DNA of 64,000 bases from Fidelibacterota bacterium (GCA_018650795.1 JABIFG010000141.1:12902-76901); one strand, 5' to 3'. Shown: positions 34,335-43,312, counted from the stretch's first letter. The notes: generated by a model from the sequence alone, not told the origin. A program made the numbers and translations.

Positions 34335-35225
34335 ATGCGAGCACAAAAGTATCGAGTCGCAATGGCGATGATTCAGTCGATTGGTTTGCTGATCCTGCTC
34401 CAGCAATGTGCCTGGATTTTTGGCGAAAAGGATCCGATAGAACTCGTTAAACCTGCTCCCGTCGGGGGCTACGAAGCACTTAGCGCGCGCATCCATTATC
34501 CCACAGATATCCGCGAAGCGGGTATTGAAGGCACGGTGATTGTCAGGGCGCTCATTTCTGTTGAGGGACAGGTCGAAGAGACCCGAGTTGTCGAACCGCT
34601 GAATCCTGTCTTGGATCAAATCGTGACCAATGCCATCAAACGCACACCTTTTGAACCGGCCACCAGATTGGGCAAACCCGAAGAAGTCTGGATATCTATA
34701 CCCTTTGTTTTTGCTTTTAAGGAGTGGTCTTTACAAACCACACCATTTGCCAGTTTCAGCATGACTATTCACCCTGACCAGACCTATAAAAATTTTGAGG
34801 TTGAAATTAAAGGACAATTGAAGGATGGCCTGGAGTGGCCCTTGCGTTTTGAGTGTTTACTGCCCTTCAATGCTGACAACCCCTGGGTCCAGACCGGTGA
34901 TGGTAATTCACCCCTTTCTGGCATTGTGAGAGATGATAAAGGGGAGTGGTTGATTTTCCAGATATCCAACCGTGAACTGGCCTTTGGATTCACCTATAAG
35001 TCCATGGAAGGCATATTGGAACAGAAGTTCTTATATGGGTTCACCATGAATCACGCGCTTCCAGGCTGGGTGCTGAATGTAGTTTATGATGATCAGACTG
35101 TTAATTTTACTCAAACACCGGATCGAAAGGTCACGCTGGAGAATGGTGAAACCCGATTTGAATATGACTTTAAACCACAGGACTCCTACGAGTCGAGGTA
35201 TCTGGAGATTGAACTTCAAAAATAG
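34335..35225 (+). CDS. TonB C-terminal-domain protein with extra C-terminal domain of unknown function
   Basis: The TonB_C-like segment is PAPVGGYEALSARIHYPTDIREAGIEGTVIVRALISVEGQVEETRVVEPLNPVLDQIVTNAIKRTPFEPATRLGKPEEVWISIPFVF. The N-terminus is signal/lipobox-like (LLILLQQC) rather than a TonB TM anchor with a Pro-rich spacer. Confidence 0.55.
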   Translation: MRAQKYRVAMAMIQSIGLLILLQQCAWIFGEKDPIELVKPAPVGGYEALSARIHYPTDIREAGIEGTVIVRALISVEGQVEETRVVEPLNPVLDQIVTNAIKRTPFEPATRLGKPEEVWISIPFVFAFKEWSLQTTPFASFSMTIHPDQTYKNFEVEIKGQLKDGLEWPLRFECLLPFNADNPWVQTGDGNSPLSGIVRDDKGEWLIFQISNRELAFGFTYKSMEGILEQKFLYGFTMNHALPGWVLNVVYDDQTVNFTQTPDRKVTLENGETRFEYDFKPQDSYESRYLEIELQK

Positions 35226-35384
35226 ATTCTGATTTTGAAAGATGACTAGAATCCTCCTTGACAAAGCCAGGCTGACAGGCAACATTTAAAGACTTAATTC
35301 AAAACCGGTAATAATTTGTGTTGATTGCATAAAATTTACTGATAGTGTCGTCATTTATAACTGAATAAAACGGAAGAAAAAGCT

Positions 35385-35921
35385 ATGGCAAAAGAACAGG
35401 GATATACCAGAAAAAAGACAATCATGGAGCAATACCCCAGTCGACAGGCGCTGGTGTATTCAGGAGCTGCATTTCTCATTTTAGTAACTGGATTGAGAAC
35501 CGTCCTCTCTGTGGCCGAAGAAGGCTTTGGGTTTATTGAGTTTGTTACCATTGGTGCTCTGGCTGTAGAATTCAGCCTCTTACTTCTGTATGCTTTGACA
35601 ATTTATCAGGCCGGGAAAGAAACTTTTCTCATGACCCTTGAAGAGGAGGCAGCTGAATTGGAAGGTGGTGGTGAAGCTGTAGACGGTAGCCCTGCCCCAG
35701 CTAAAGATTTTAGCGTGAAGTCCACAGATGTCCCCGAGGTTGCTCTTGAAATCAATAAATTTACAAAACAAGCCAGTGTCCTGATTGACAAGCTGACCAA
35801 AAATGCTGAGCAAAGTGAGAATTTGAACCAGCACCTGAAAGAATTGGCTGATGAACAGATCAATATTCGAGTCAGAAATGAGATTCAACGATTGTTAAGC
35901 GCTAATATGGGTGCGAAATAA
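35385..35921 (+). CDS. GldL/PorL-like inner-membrane motor protein (short form)
   Basis: Two N-terminal TM helices (ALVYSGAAFLILVTGLRTV and FVTIGALAVEFSLLLLYALTIY), with a lone Glu inside TMH2. An acidic linker and coiled-coil tail follow. The motifs line up with my memory of Flavobacterium GldL (YGMGAAVVILGALFKI ... SIGLVTEALIFALSAF). Confidence 0.55.
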   Translation: MAKEQGYTRKKTIMEQYPSRQALVYSGAAFLILVTGLRTVLSVAEEGFGFIEFVTIGALAVEFSLLLLYALTIYQAGKETFLMTLEEEAAELEGGGEAVDGSPAPAKDFSVKSTDVPEVALEINKFTKQASVLIDKLTKNAEQSENLNQHLKELADEQINIRVRNEIQRLLSANMGAK

Positions 35922-35939
35922 AACGACAGGAGTAGCCGT

Positions 35940-37352
35940 ATGGCTCGCAAGAAAAAGTTTCAAGCTCGTGTCGAAGTCTATTTCATCATTTATATCGCCA
36001 CGATTGTCAGTTTCTTCGCCATCGAAGGTGAAGTAAAACATTTCAAAGACAACCAGAAGAAAATCCTACTGGAAGTATCCAAGGATAAAATCCAAAATCT
36101 GGTTACGATTCGTAATGCCACGGATCTGCATGGCAAAGATACCATCAATTTAAAAGTCCAGCTTGATGGGGCCTTTTCCAAAGATTCCTTTGAAGGAACG
36201 ATTCATCTCAATCCCATTGATGCACCGGAAGAATTGGGACTCAAGGAATTATCCTACAACCTCAATCCGAAAAATGAAGATCCGGACAATAAGACCTTTA
36301 TGGCGGTAATACCCAAATCTGACTTTGATCTAAAAGCCGAAATTCTTTATCGCATGTCAGCGGATATCAGCGTCATGCCTGATGAGGATCTCGTTCAGCT
36401 GGAGCTGGAGAAATCCTACTCTGATAAAATCATTGTTCACAAAATCATGGATGCCATGACTGATGTGGGCAAAATTTCCCTGGAAAAACAATTCCAGAAT
36501 ACGCTGGATCCTGCTGGAGGTGCAATTCAAGCACCCTTTAACATTACAGTTGACCGTCCCAAAGTTAGCATTGTAGAGGGCTTGCCCTGGGAAGTTCGTG
36601 TGATTATTGGCGGAATTGTGGATGAAGACGATCTGGAATTGACTGCCATAAAAGGGGGTAATCTGATCGGTAATCTGGAGGCGGGCACACCAGTAACAGT
36701 AGTTACGGGTCGAGGTCGCAAGGATGGCAAAATTATTCTAAGGGGAACCAGACTGTCTGACGAAGAAACCTCAGATATAGAGTTTCTGCTCCAGGTGAGA
36801 CCCCCGCTCTGGCAGAAACAACCCTCCATAACAGAAGCATATGTGGGTGACCCTATCATATTTGAGGGAGCTTTGAGAGATATTCCCTCGTCCGAAACCT
36901 CTATCCGTGTTGGCGGTACTGCGGTACGGGGAGGCATTATGCCCGGCACCATTGCACAGTTGCCTGACTTGACCGAGGAGGGGACGATAACTTTTCAGGT
37001 GCTTGTCGATGGACGGGACGTGAAAGGGATGACCCATTCAATCAAGGTTGTCAAACCACCTGCTCCCAAGGTTTCAATCAATCCAGTGGGTCGTGATGGG
37101 AATTATCTGACCTTCGAAATCACCACTTACGGAAAGAATAATAGCATTCGTCGCTTCCGGAAAAAGGGTGGCATCGGATCAAATCGCCAGCTTGGCGAAG
37201 CCCAGGTTTTGGGAAGTAGAAAAATCTATCGTTGGGAGGTTGAACTGGAAGAGCCTTTTGATAATCTTGAATCTCAAGAGATTAAATTCAACGTGGATGA
37301 CCAGAACAAGAGCGCCACATCGTACAGGAAGATTTTTATCTATAACTACTAA
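35940..37352 (+). CDS. GldM/PorM-like bitopic protein
   Basis: Single N-terminal TM helix with Arg and Tyr eight residues apart (QARVEVYFIIYIATIVSFFAIEGEV, compared with GldM RQKMINLMYLVFIAMLAMNVSKEV). A ~430-aa beta-rich periplasmic region follows. Confidence 0.5.
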   Translation: MARKKKFQARVEVYFIIYIATIVSFFAIEGEVKHFKDNQKKILLEVSKDKIQNLVTIRNATDLHGKDTINLKVQLDGAFSKDSFEGTIHLNPIDAPEELGLKELSYNLNPKNEDPDNKTFMAVIPKSDFDLKAEILYRMSADISVMPDEDLVQLELEKSYSDKIIVHKIMDAMTDVGKISLEKQFQNTLDPAGGAIQAPFNITVDRPKVSIVEGLPWEVRVIIGGIVDEDDLELTAIKGGNLIGNLEAGTPVTVVTGRGRKDGKIILRGTRLSDEETSDIEFLLQVRPPLWQKQPSITEAYVGDPIIFEGALRDIPSSETSIRVGGTAVRGGIMPGTIAQLPDLTEEGTITFQVLVDGRDVKGMTHSIKVVKPPAPKVSINPVGRDGNYLTFEITTYGKNNSIRRFRKKGGIGSNRQLGEAQVLGSRKIYRWEVELEEPFDNLESQEIKFNVDDQNKSATSYRKIFIYNY

Positions 37353-37403
37353 AAGAAAGTCGTAGAAAATAAATATGTTTGAATTGATAAGAAGGAGGGA
37401 CCA

Positions 37404-38708
37404 GTGAAATTACGAAACCTCATAACTTTACTTATAACGCTTGTCTTTGTGTCTACAATGTGGGCACAGGGTTTTCAGGAAACGGGTAAGCTTGAATGGG
37501 TTGTTAAGGATCGTGAATTTAGCCGCTCATTTATGGAAGCCTATATCGATACCCTGATGGAAATTGATGATATGGCAGAGTTGGAAGTTCAGGAAACTGA
37601 CGAATTACGTGTGATAGTCGGTATCGATGTAGAAGGTAATTCCAGCCTGGAAAGCATTTATGCCAAAGGTCGCAGCGGTGTCTTAAACAAACTGGTTCGT
37701 GCTGTTCTGGACAGTATGGATGTGGAAATGGTTAGCCGTATTCAGAGTCGCAAATACAGCTGGGATTACCTCTCTGCTGTTGATGTGGGTGGTGGCCGTG
37801 GTGACGTGGTCAACGTTTTTGAAGAGCGCAGTAATAAGCAGGTTCGTGATGCTTTCTGGTGGACCCATCGGCGTGTTGATATTTCTGTTTTCCCGCGGAT
37901 GTTTATTCGTGTGAATCCCAATTTTGCCTTTGCTACCGAGTTTGGTAGACAGGATTTGGGTTTTCCTGCTGCCGCATCCAGGACACTAAATATGGGTCTG
38001 GCAACAGAGGTTCTGAAATTTTATGTCACACTGCCTGCATCCTATTTAAATCTGATGAAGAATAGCAATTCTCCTCTTGAAGGAACTTTTGGTGGCGTGT
38101 TAAAATTTGACTCCCCCAATTTTGGTGGTAGCCTGTCTTTTCAGGACATGAATTTTCTGGGCAATACAGATACGACCTCATTTTTGAATCCCTCAAATGT
38201 TGTTTATAATCCGTCTTCAGGTCAGTTCTACTATAGCTTTACAAGCCGTATTGGCAGTACTGCCGATCAACCTGGTTTTGTTCCCCTGGGCTCCTTGCGA
38301 CTTCAAATAGGTTTTAGTTATATGCAATTTGCCTATGGTGACGTTCTAGATGATGAAGCAGGTGTTACAGATGGTATTGGTGCTTTTAGGCTGCTAGACA
38401 AGAGCGATCCTCTTGAATCTATGTTTGGTCTGTTCAGGGCTGAGTATGCCTCAGATATGAACAACCGCTTTTTTAATAGGATCAAGATGGCAGCACAGCT
38501 AAACATCGGCTTGAATGGCTTTGGAGGTTTTGATTTTACCACATCCTATACCATTACCGAATGGCTTGGTGTAAATTTGAACATGACCTATTTCTGGAGT
38601 CCCATGACCTTCAATTATGTTGATCCCACCCCGGGCTCAAACACAACCCTTGAATATGAATGGGAGCCAGGTTTCTATATCGTCCCATCCATAGCAGTAT
38701 ACTTCTAG
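37404..38708 (+). CDS. signal-peptide protein, probable outer-membrane beta-barrel (paralog A)
   Basis: GTG start and signal peptide MKLRNLITLLITLVFVSTMWAQ. The C-terminal half is Gly/aromatic-rich with alternating hydrophobic strands and ends in ...IVPSIAVYF. Paralogous to the next gene. Confidence 0.5.
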   Translation: MKLRNLITLLITLVFVSTMWAQGFQETGKLEWVVKDREFSRSFMEAYIDTLMEIDDMAELEVQETDELRVIVGIDVEGNSSLESIYAKGRSGVLNKLVRAVLDSMDVEMVSRIQSRKYSWDYLSAVDVGGGRGDVVNVFEERSNKQVRDAFWWTHRRVDISVFPRMFIRVNPNFAFATEFGRQDLGFPAAASRTLNMGLATEVLKFYVTLPASYLNLMKNSNSPLEGTFGGVLKFDSPNFGGSLSFQDMNFLGNTDTTSFLNPSNVVYNPSSGQFYYSFTSRIGSTADQPGFVPLGSLRLQIGFSYMQFAYGDVLDDEAGVTDGIGAFRLLDKSDPLESMFGLFRAEYASDMNNRFFNRIKMAAQLNIGLNGFGGFDFTTSYTITEWLGVNLNMTYFWSPMTFNYVDPTPGSNTTLEYEWEPGFYIVPSIAVYF

Positions 38709-38720
38709 GAGGATTTGAAA

Positions 38721-39989
38721 ATGACTACATCAATTCGCAAAACACTCCTGGCCTCACTTATTCTGTTGATCTCGCTCTCTACGGTTTGGGCACAGCCCAA
38801 GGCTCCACCCATGTTGGATCCACGCCGTTTTGATGCCTGGACCGTTGAGTATGAACCTTTCCGCCTGCTCATTGAAAATGCTGTGGAAGAGTATATCACC
38901 TTGAACGACACGAATCTGCCTCCCATTGCAGCCTCAGACAATGTGATTGCTGTCCGCTCAAAATCAGGTCAGCGACAACTTTATCAGATTCGTTATGGAA
39001 CGGTCTCAGAAGGTTATAATGTCATCGATAACATGGAGGTGAAGTGGGTACTGGGAGCCACTCTGGCTCAGACCATTTCCGAGAAGGAAACCTACTATCA
39101 TCTCGACACACAGGAACCCTATGAAACCACCAAGCACCGACCAGAAATTGACTATCTCGAGGTTGAGTCATTCTGGACTCATACTGATTTACAAATTGGT
39201 ACGGATCGTTTGGTCTATCTCTTTGGAAAATCAGGTGGAATTACCGTTGAATGGGGTAACGAACTTTTTGGTCGTCCCTATGGTGAAGCTGGATTTGCCC
39301 GTTTTGGCGTGATTACCCCCATCTTTAAGATGGGAATTCAGGTTCCCTCACCATCCATCCCCTTGGGATTCCGCGTTGGTACAGACGATTCTGATGATCA
39401 GCTCACAGGCGGCATCGGTGGATTTGGAGCCTTTAAATACAAGGTTCTGTATGGTGAGCTGTTTTTCCAATCGCTGGAAGCAGCGCTGGCCAGTGGCACA
39501 CATATCAACAGCTATGATCTGGGCGGTTTGATTAATCTCAGCTTTAACACGACACTGTCAGGCATCCCCATGGGTGAAAAAAGGCGTCTTTTTGCTGGAG
39601 CCCTGCAAATTCGCCTGGGTGGCGTGATTGCCCGGGTTGATCACAGTCAAATTGTTAATGATCGCGTCTATTTCCAGAACCTGAAACGCAGCTACAGTGT
39701 TGCTGCTGGTGATACAACGGAGGAGTTTAAAAATGGAGATGCTGCCTCTCTGGAGGAATCAGGTGTTTTCTTCCGCCTAGATTATGCCTCCCCTCTCATC
39801 CAGAAAAGCTATCCACGACATGAAGCTGTTTTCCAGATTTCTGGTCCCAGTATCATGACCAAATACACGTACAATGTGAACAAGACTCTGGGTCTTCCAC
39901 TCAGTGTACTTATATATACCACGGATAATGAGTGGACACCAAGTGCCGCCATTCTGCTTGGTTTTAAATTGAGGCTTGATCAAAATTAA
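38721..39989 (+). CDS. signal-peptide protein, probable outer-membrane protein (paralog B)
   Basis: The ATG at 38721 lies 7 nt after TAGGAGGA (the track uses TTG 38715). Signal peptide MTTSIRKTLLASLILLISLSTVWAQ. Shares SFWTH and E.G....G.P...G..T...K....P blocks with paralog A. Confidence 0.5.
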   Translation: MTTSIRKTLLASLILLISLSTVWAQPKAPPMLDPRRFDAWTVEYEPFRLLIENAVEEYITLNDTNLPPIAASDNVIAVRSKSGQRQLYQIRYGTVSEGYNVIDNMEVKWVLGATLAQTISEKETYYHLDTQEPYETTKHRPEIDYLEVESFWTHTDLQIGTDRLVYLFGKSGGITVEWGNELFGRPYGEAGFARFGVITPIFKMGIQVPSPSIPLGFRVGTDDSDDQLTGGIGGFGAFKYKVLYGELFFQSLEAALASGTHINSYDLGGLINLSFNTTLSGIPMGEKRRLFAGALQIRLGGVIARVDHSQIVNDRVYFQNLKRSYSVAAGDTTEEFKNGDAASLEESGVFFRLDYASPLIQKSYPRHEAVFQISGPSIMTKYTYNVNKTLGLPLSVLIYTTDNEWTPSAAILLGFKLRLDQN

Positions 39990-40008
39990 CGAGTCTCATA
40001 TTTAGCAT

Positions 40009-40040
40009 GAAAAAGGGTAGGCTTATGTCTACCCTTTTTT
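40009..40040 (+). terminator. Rho-independent terminator
   Basis: AAAAGGGTAG-GCTTATGT-CTACCCTTTT followed by TT. A 10-bp stem, 20 nt after the stop of the 4-gene operon. Confidence 0.8.
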
Positions 40041-40352
40041 GTCCATATGGGGAACCGCGATGTAGTTTCGACAACAAAGCCTAAACGGCTTGTAGTCATC
40101 AGGCTGAAAGAGTGGACCGGAGGCGGATTATTGATAAGCAGGCAAGCGCTCATGGTAGATCGAAAAGCAGTTAACCTCGGTCAATTTCGTTTCCGGGGTA
40201 AAGCCTACCAATAATTAGAGCCTTCTTTTCCAAACATCACTATTTGCATGGTATTTGGGATGTTCATGCCTATTTTGTGGCGAAACAATGTTAAACAGAA
40301 GATCATATTTTATTCAAAAACTAAATAATTCGTTTGTAAAAACGGAGGCAAC

Positions 40353-40856
40353 CTGCCTTTCCGTTTAACCAATGAAGGCGAGTACGCCGTTCGTCTTATG
40401 GTCTATCTGGCAGGACGAGATCGCGATCAACTTGTCTCTGCACGGGAAATTGCAAAAAATCAAAATATTCCTCAACGCTTTCTCAGAACTATCGTCTCAC
40501 AGTTTGCCAAGTTGGGATTTATCAATTCCTTTCAGGGTAATGGCGGTGGTGTTCGACTTGCTGAGGGTGCCGAGAATAAAACCCTGTTGGAAGTCATTGA
40601 AGCAGTTGAAGGTCCCATTTACTTAAATGTTTGTATGCAAGGGGGAGAGGCCTGCCAGTTTTCAAACCAGTGTGCTGTCCATCTTGTCTGGCATGAAGCC
40701 CAGGAATCCATTCAGAAAATTCTGGGTCGCAAAAAGATCAAAGAATTAGCTCAGGTTAATTTTGATCTGGCGGCCGGCGGTCTGGGAGCTGGTTCTGATG
40801 CTATGTGTGGTATACCAGCCAACCCTGAAGACGCTGAGGCTTCCCGTGGCAATTAA
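40353..40856 (+). CDS. Rrf2 family (IscR/NsrR-like) transcriptional regulator, probable non-ATG start
   Basis: The frame is open from 40329 and encodes FRLTNEGEYAVRLMVYLA, the canonical Rrf2 N-terminus, upstream of the track's ATG at 40398. The only start-like codon is CTG at 40353, 4 nt after GGAGG. A Cys triad C-x6-C-x5-C (CMQGGEACQFSNQC) suggests an Fe-S cluster. Confidence 0.75.
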   Translation: MPFRLTNEGEYAVRLMVYLAGRDRDQLVSAREIAKNQNIPQRFLRTIVSQFAKLGFINSFQGNGGGVRLAEGAENKTLLEVIEAVEGPIYLNVCMQGGEACQFSNQCAVHLVWHEAQESIQKILGRKKIKELAQVNFDLAAGGLGAGSDAMCGIPANPEDAEASRGN

Positions 40857-43293
40857 CTTCGGTAAATATGAAACGGGTCAAACACCTACAGATCAGGAAA
40901 AAGCCCTGAACTGTTACCATTGTGGTGAAGCCTGCCCAGACAACACCATTGCTATCGGAGACAAGAGCTTTTGCTGCCATGGTTGTAAAACCGTATTTGA
41001 AATTCTCAATGCCAACGAGATGTGCGACTATTATAACATTGAGGACACCCCGGGCATTACCCCCAAGCAGGATTTGATCTCAGGACGCTTTGAATATTTA
41101 GATGATGAAACCGTAAAACCTCAGGTCATTGATTTTTCAGATGGAACCACAGAGAAGGTGACCTTTCACACGCCGACCATGCATTGTGCCTCATGCATTT
41201 GGCTACTTGAAAAACTCCATGATATGGATTCTCGTATTTATAGCTCAGTGGTAAACTTTCCCCGTAAGCAAGTGACCATTATCTACAATCGGGAAGAGAT
41301 GAAGCTTAGTGAAGCTGCGGCCCTTATTTCATCCCTTGGTTATGAGCCACTTGTGAGTCTCGATACAGTAGACAAGCGAGAACAATCCTCGGCTGAAAAG
41401 AAACTGTATCTCAAGATTGGCCTGGCTGGATTTGCCTTTGGGAATGTCATGATCCTCAGTTTTCCAGAGTACCTCTCACGAGTCGGGTCGGTTGATCCCA
41501 CTTTCAAGATGGTGTTCGGTTATCTCAGCCTGGTGTTGTCCTTACCGGTTCTGCTCTTCGCTACCAAGGATTACTATCTGTCAGCCTGGGCTGGCTTGAA
41601 GTCTCGCACCGTTAATATTGATGTTCCTATCACGCTGGGCATCGGCATGCTCTTTTTCAGGTCTGCCTGGGAAATTCTCACTCAGACCGGTGTCGGTTAT
41701 CTCGACTCATTTACTGGCCTGGTCTTCTTTTTATTGGTGGGCCGTCTATTTCAACAGAAAACCTATGAAGTCCTCTCCTTTGAAAGAGATTATAAGTCAT
41801 TTTTCCCCCTTTCCGTCACGCGCAAGATCAACAACGTAGAAGCCGTTGTTCCAGTTTCAAAACTGAAACCAGGCGATCGGATTGTGGTGCGGAATCAAGA
41901 ATTAATTCCGGCCGACTCCGTGCTCCTCAAAACAGACGCCTCAATCGATTATAGCTTTGTCAGTGGGGAGTCCACGCCGGTAACAAAAAATGCTGGAGAT
42001 TTTATCTATGCTGGTGGACGGCAGGCTGGCACCACCATTGAGCTAGAGGTCATTAAGGAACCATCTCAGAGCTATTTGACCCAGCTCTGGAACAATGATG
42101 TCTTTAGTAAACCGCGCTTTTCGCGTCTGAATGTTCTGGTAAACCAGGTGAGTCACTACTTCACTTTTGGTGTTCTCGCCATTGCTATTATTGCATCACT
42201 TTATTGGCTTCAAATTGATACGGCTACAGGTATTAAAGTGTTTACATCTGTTCTGATCGTTGCTTGCCCATGTGCTCTTGCTTTATCCTCACCATTTGCC
42301 CTGGGAACTGCCATGCGTATTTTTGGACGTAAGGGTTTTTATGTAAAGAACACAGATGCCGTGGAAGCCTTGTCAAAAATCGATACCATCGTCCTGGACA
42401 AAACAGGTACGTTGACTGAATCTCGACAGGAAACCATCGAATTTTCAGGGGATGTGCTTACCCATGAAGATCAGGAAATCATTAAATCTCTCGTTCAACA
42501 TTCCACACACCCCTTGAGTCAGAAGATCTTCCAGGCCCTGGATGTACATGCTGTCCATTCCGTGGATAAATATGAAGAAGTCTCAGGAAAAGGAATCCAG
42601 GGTCTTATTGAGGGACGCAACATCCAACTGGGTTCTGCCAAATGGTTGGGACTCCAGGAAGATGCAAGTGATGCCGAGGATATGAAGACCAGGGTCTTTC
42701 TCAGTATGAATGATGAAGTCCGAGGCTCATTTTTAATCGCAAATGTATTCCGCAAGGGTTTGCGACCATTACTCTCTGGTCTCAAGCAACAATTCGATAT
42801 GTACCTGCTGTCTGGTGATACTGAGCGGGAAAAAGCAGCGCTGGTCAATTTGTTTGGTAGCGAACAAAATTTGTTGTTCCGTCAAACACCGGAAAATAAG
42901 CTGGATTTTGTTTCTAGAGTTCAGGGCGAAGGCGCCCATGTACTCATGGTGGGTGACGGTCTCAATGATGCCGGCGCCTTACGAGCCAGCGAAGTAGGCA
43001 TTGCCATCACCGATGATGTCTCGGCTTTTTCTCCTGCCAGTGATGGCATTCTCACCGGCAAGAACCTGCATTTATTAGGGTCTTTCATCAAAATGTCAAA
43101 AGCGACTACAACGGTTATTGTAGCCAGTTTTGTAATCTCAATTATATATAATGTGGTTGGAGTCAGTTTTGCGGTGGCGGGAAAATTATCCCCACTGGTT
43201 TCGGCTATTCTCATGCCTGCCAGTTCAATTTCCGTTGTGGCTTTCACCACGTTTACAACGAGCTTGCGAGCCCGTATGATGAAATTAACTTGA
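40846..43293 (+). CDS. ccoI: heavy-metal (copper) translocating P-type ATPase, CcoI/FixI type
   Basis: N-terminal Cys-rich domain CYHCGEACPDN..FCCHGCKTVFEIL. HMA domain MHCASC. CPC motif (VACPCALALSSP), DKTGTLT and GDGLNDAG. GTG 40846 after TGAGG is the likely start, overlapping the Rrf2 stop; the track starts at 40762. Confidence 0.9.
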   Translation: MAINFGKYETGQTPTDQEKALNCYHCGEACPDNTIAIGDKSFCCHGCKTVFEILNANEMCDYYNIEDTPGITPKQDLISGRFEYLDDETVKPQVIDFSDGTTEKVTFHTPTMHCASCIWLLEKLHDMDSRIYSSVVNFPRKQVTIIYNREEMKLSEAAALISSLGYEPLVSLDTVDKREQSSAEKKLYLKIGLAGFAFGNVMILSFPEYLSRVGSVDPTFKMVFGYLSLVLSLPVLLFATKDYYLSAWAGLKSRTVNIDVPITLGIGMLFFRSAWEILTQTGVGYLDSFTGLVFFLLVGRLFQQKTYEVLSFERDYKSFFPLSVTRKINNVEAVVPVSKLKPGDRIVVRNQELIPADSVLLKTDASIDYSFVSGESTPVTKNAGDFIYAGGRQAGTTIELEVIKEPSQSYLTQLWNNDVFSKPRFSRLNVLVNQVSHYFTFGVLAIAIIASLYWLQIDTATGIKVFTSVLIVACPCALALSSPFALGTAMRIFGRKGFYVKNTDAVEALSKIDTIVLDKTGTLTESRQETIEFSGDVLTHEDQEIIKSLVQHSTHPLSQKIFQALDVHAVHSVDKYEEVSGKGIQGLIEGRNIQLGSAKWLGLQEDASDAEDMKTRVFLSMNDEVRGSFLIANVFRKGLRPLLSGLKQQFDMYLLSGDTEREKAALVNLFGSEQNLLFRQTPENKLDFVSRVQGEGAHVLMVGDGLNDAGALRASEVGIAITDDVSAFSPASDGILTGKNLHLLGSFIKMSKATTTVIVASFVISIIYNVVGVSFAVAGKLSPLVSAILMPASSISVVAFTTFTTSLRARMMKLT

Positions 43294-43312
43294 TGAACAG
43301 TGAGAGTCTAAC

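Noticed and set aside
34263-34619. ORFs 34263-34619 (-) and 34096-34305 (-).
   Set aside because: They overlap the TonB-C domain gene and the intergenic hairpins on the opposite strand, and have no recognisable motifs.
40048-40352. tmRNA (ssrA), suggested by the 5' GGGG...TTTCGAC motif.
   Set aside because: There is no T-arm (GGTTCGA.TCC), no 3' acceptor complement with CCA, and no plausible ...ALAA tag reading frame. The region is also too short for a full tmRNA.
40372-40626. ORF 40372-40626 (+), 84 aa.
   Set aside because: It is out of frame within the Rrf2 regulator gene, whose frame carries the recognisable wHTH and Cys triad.
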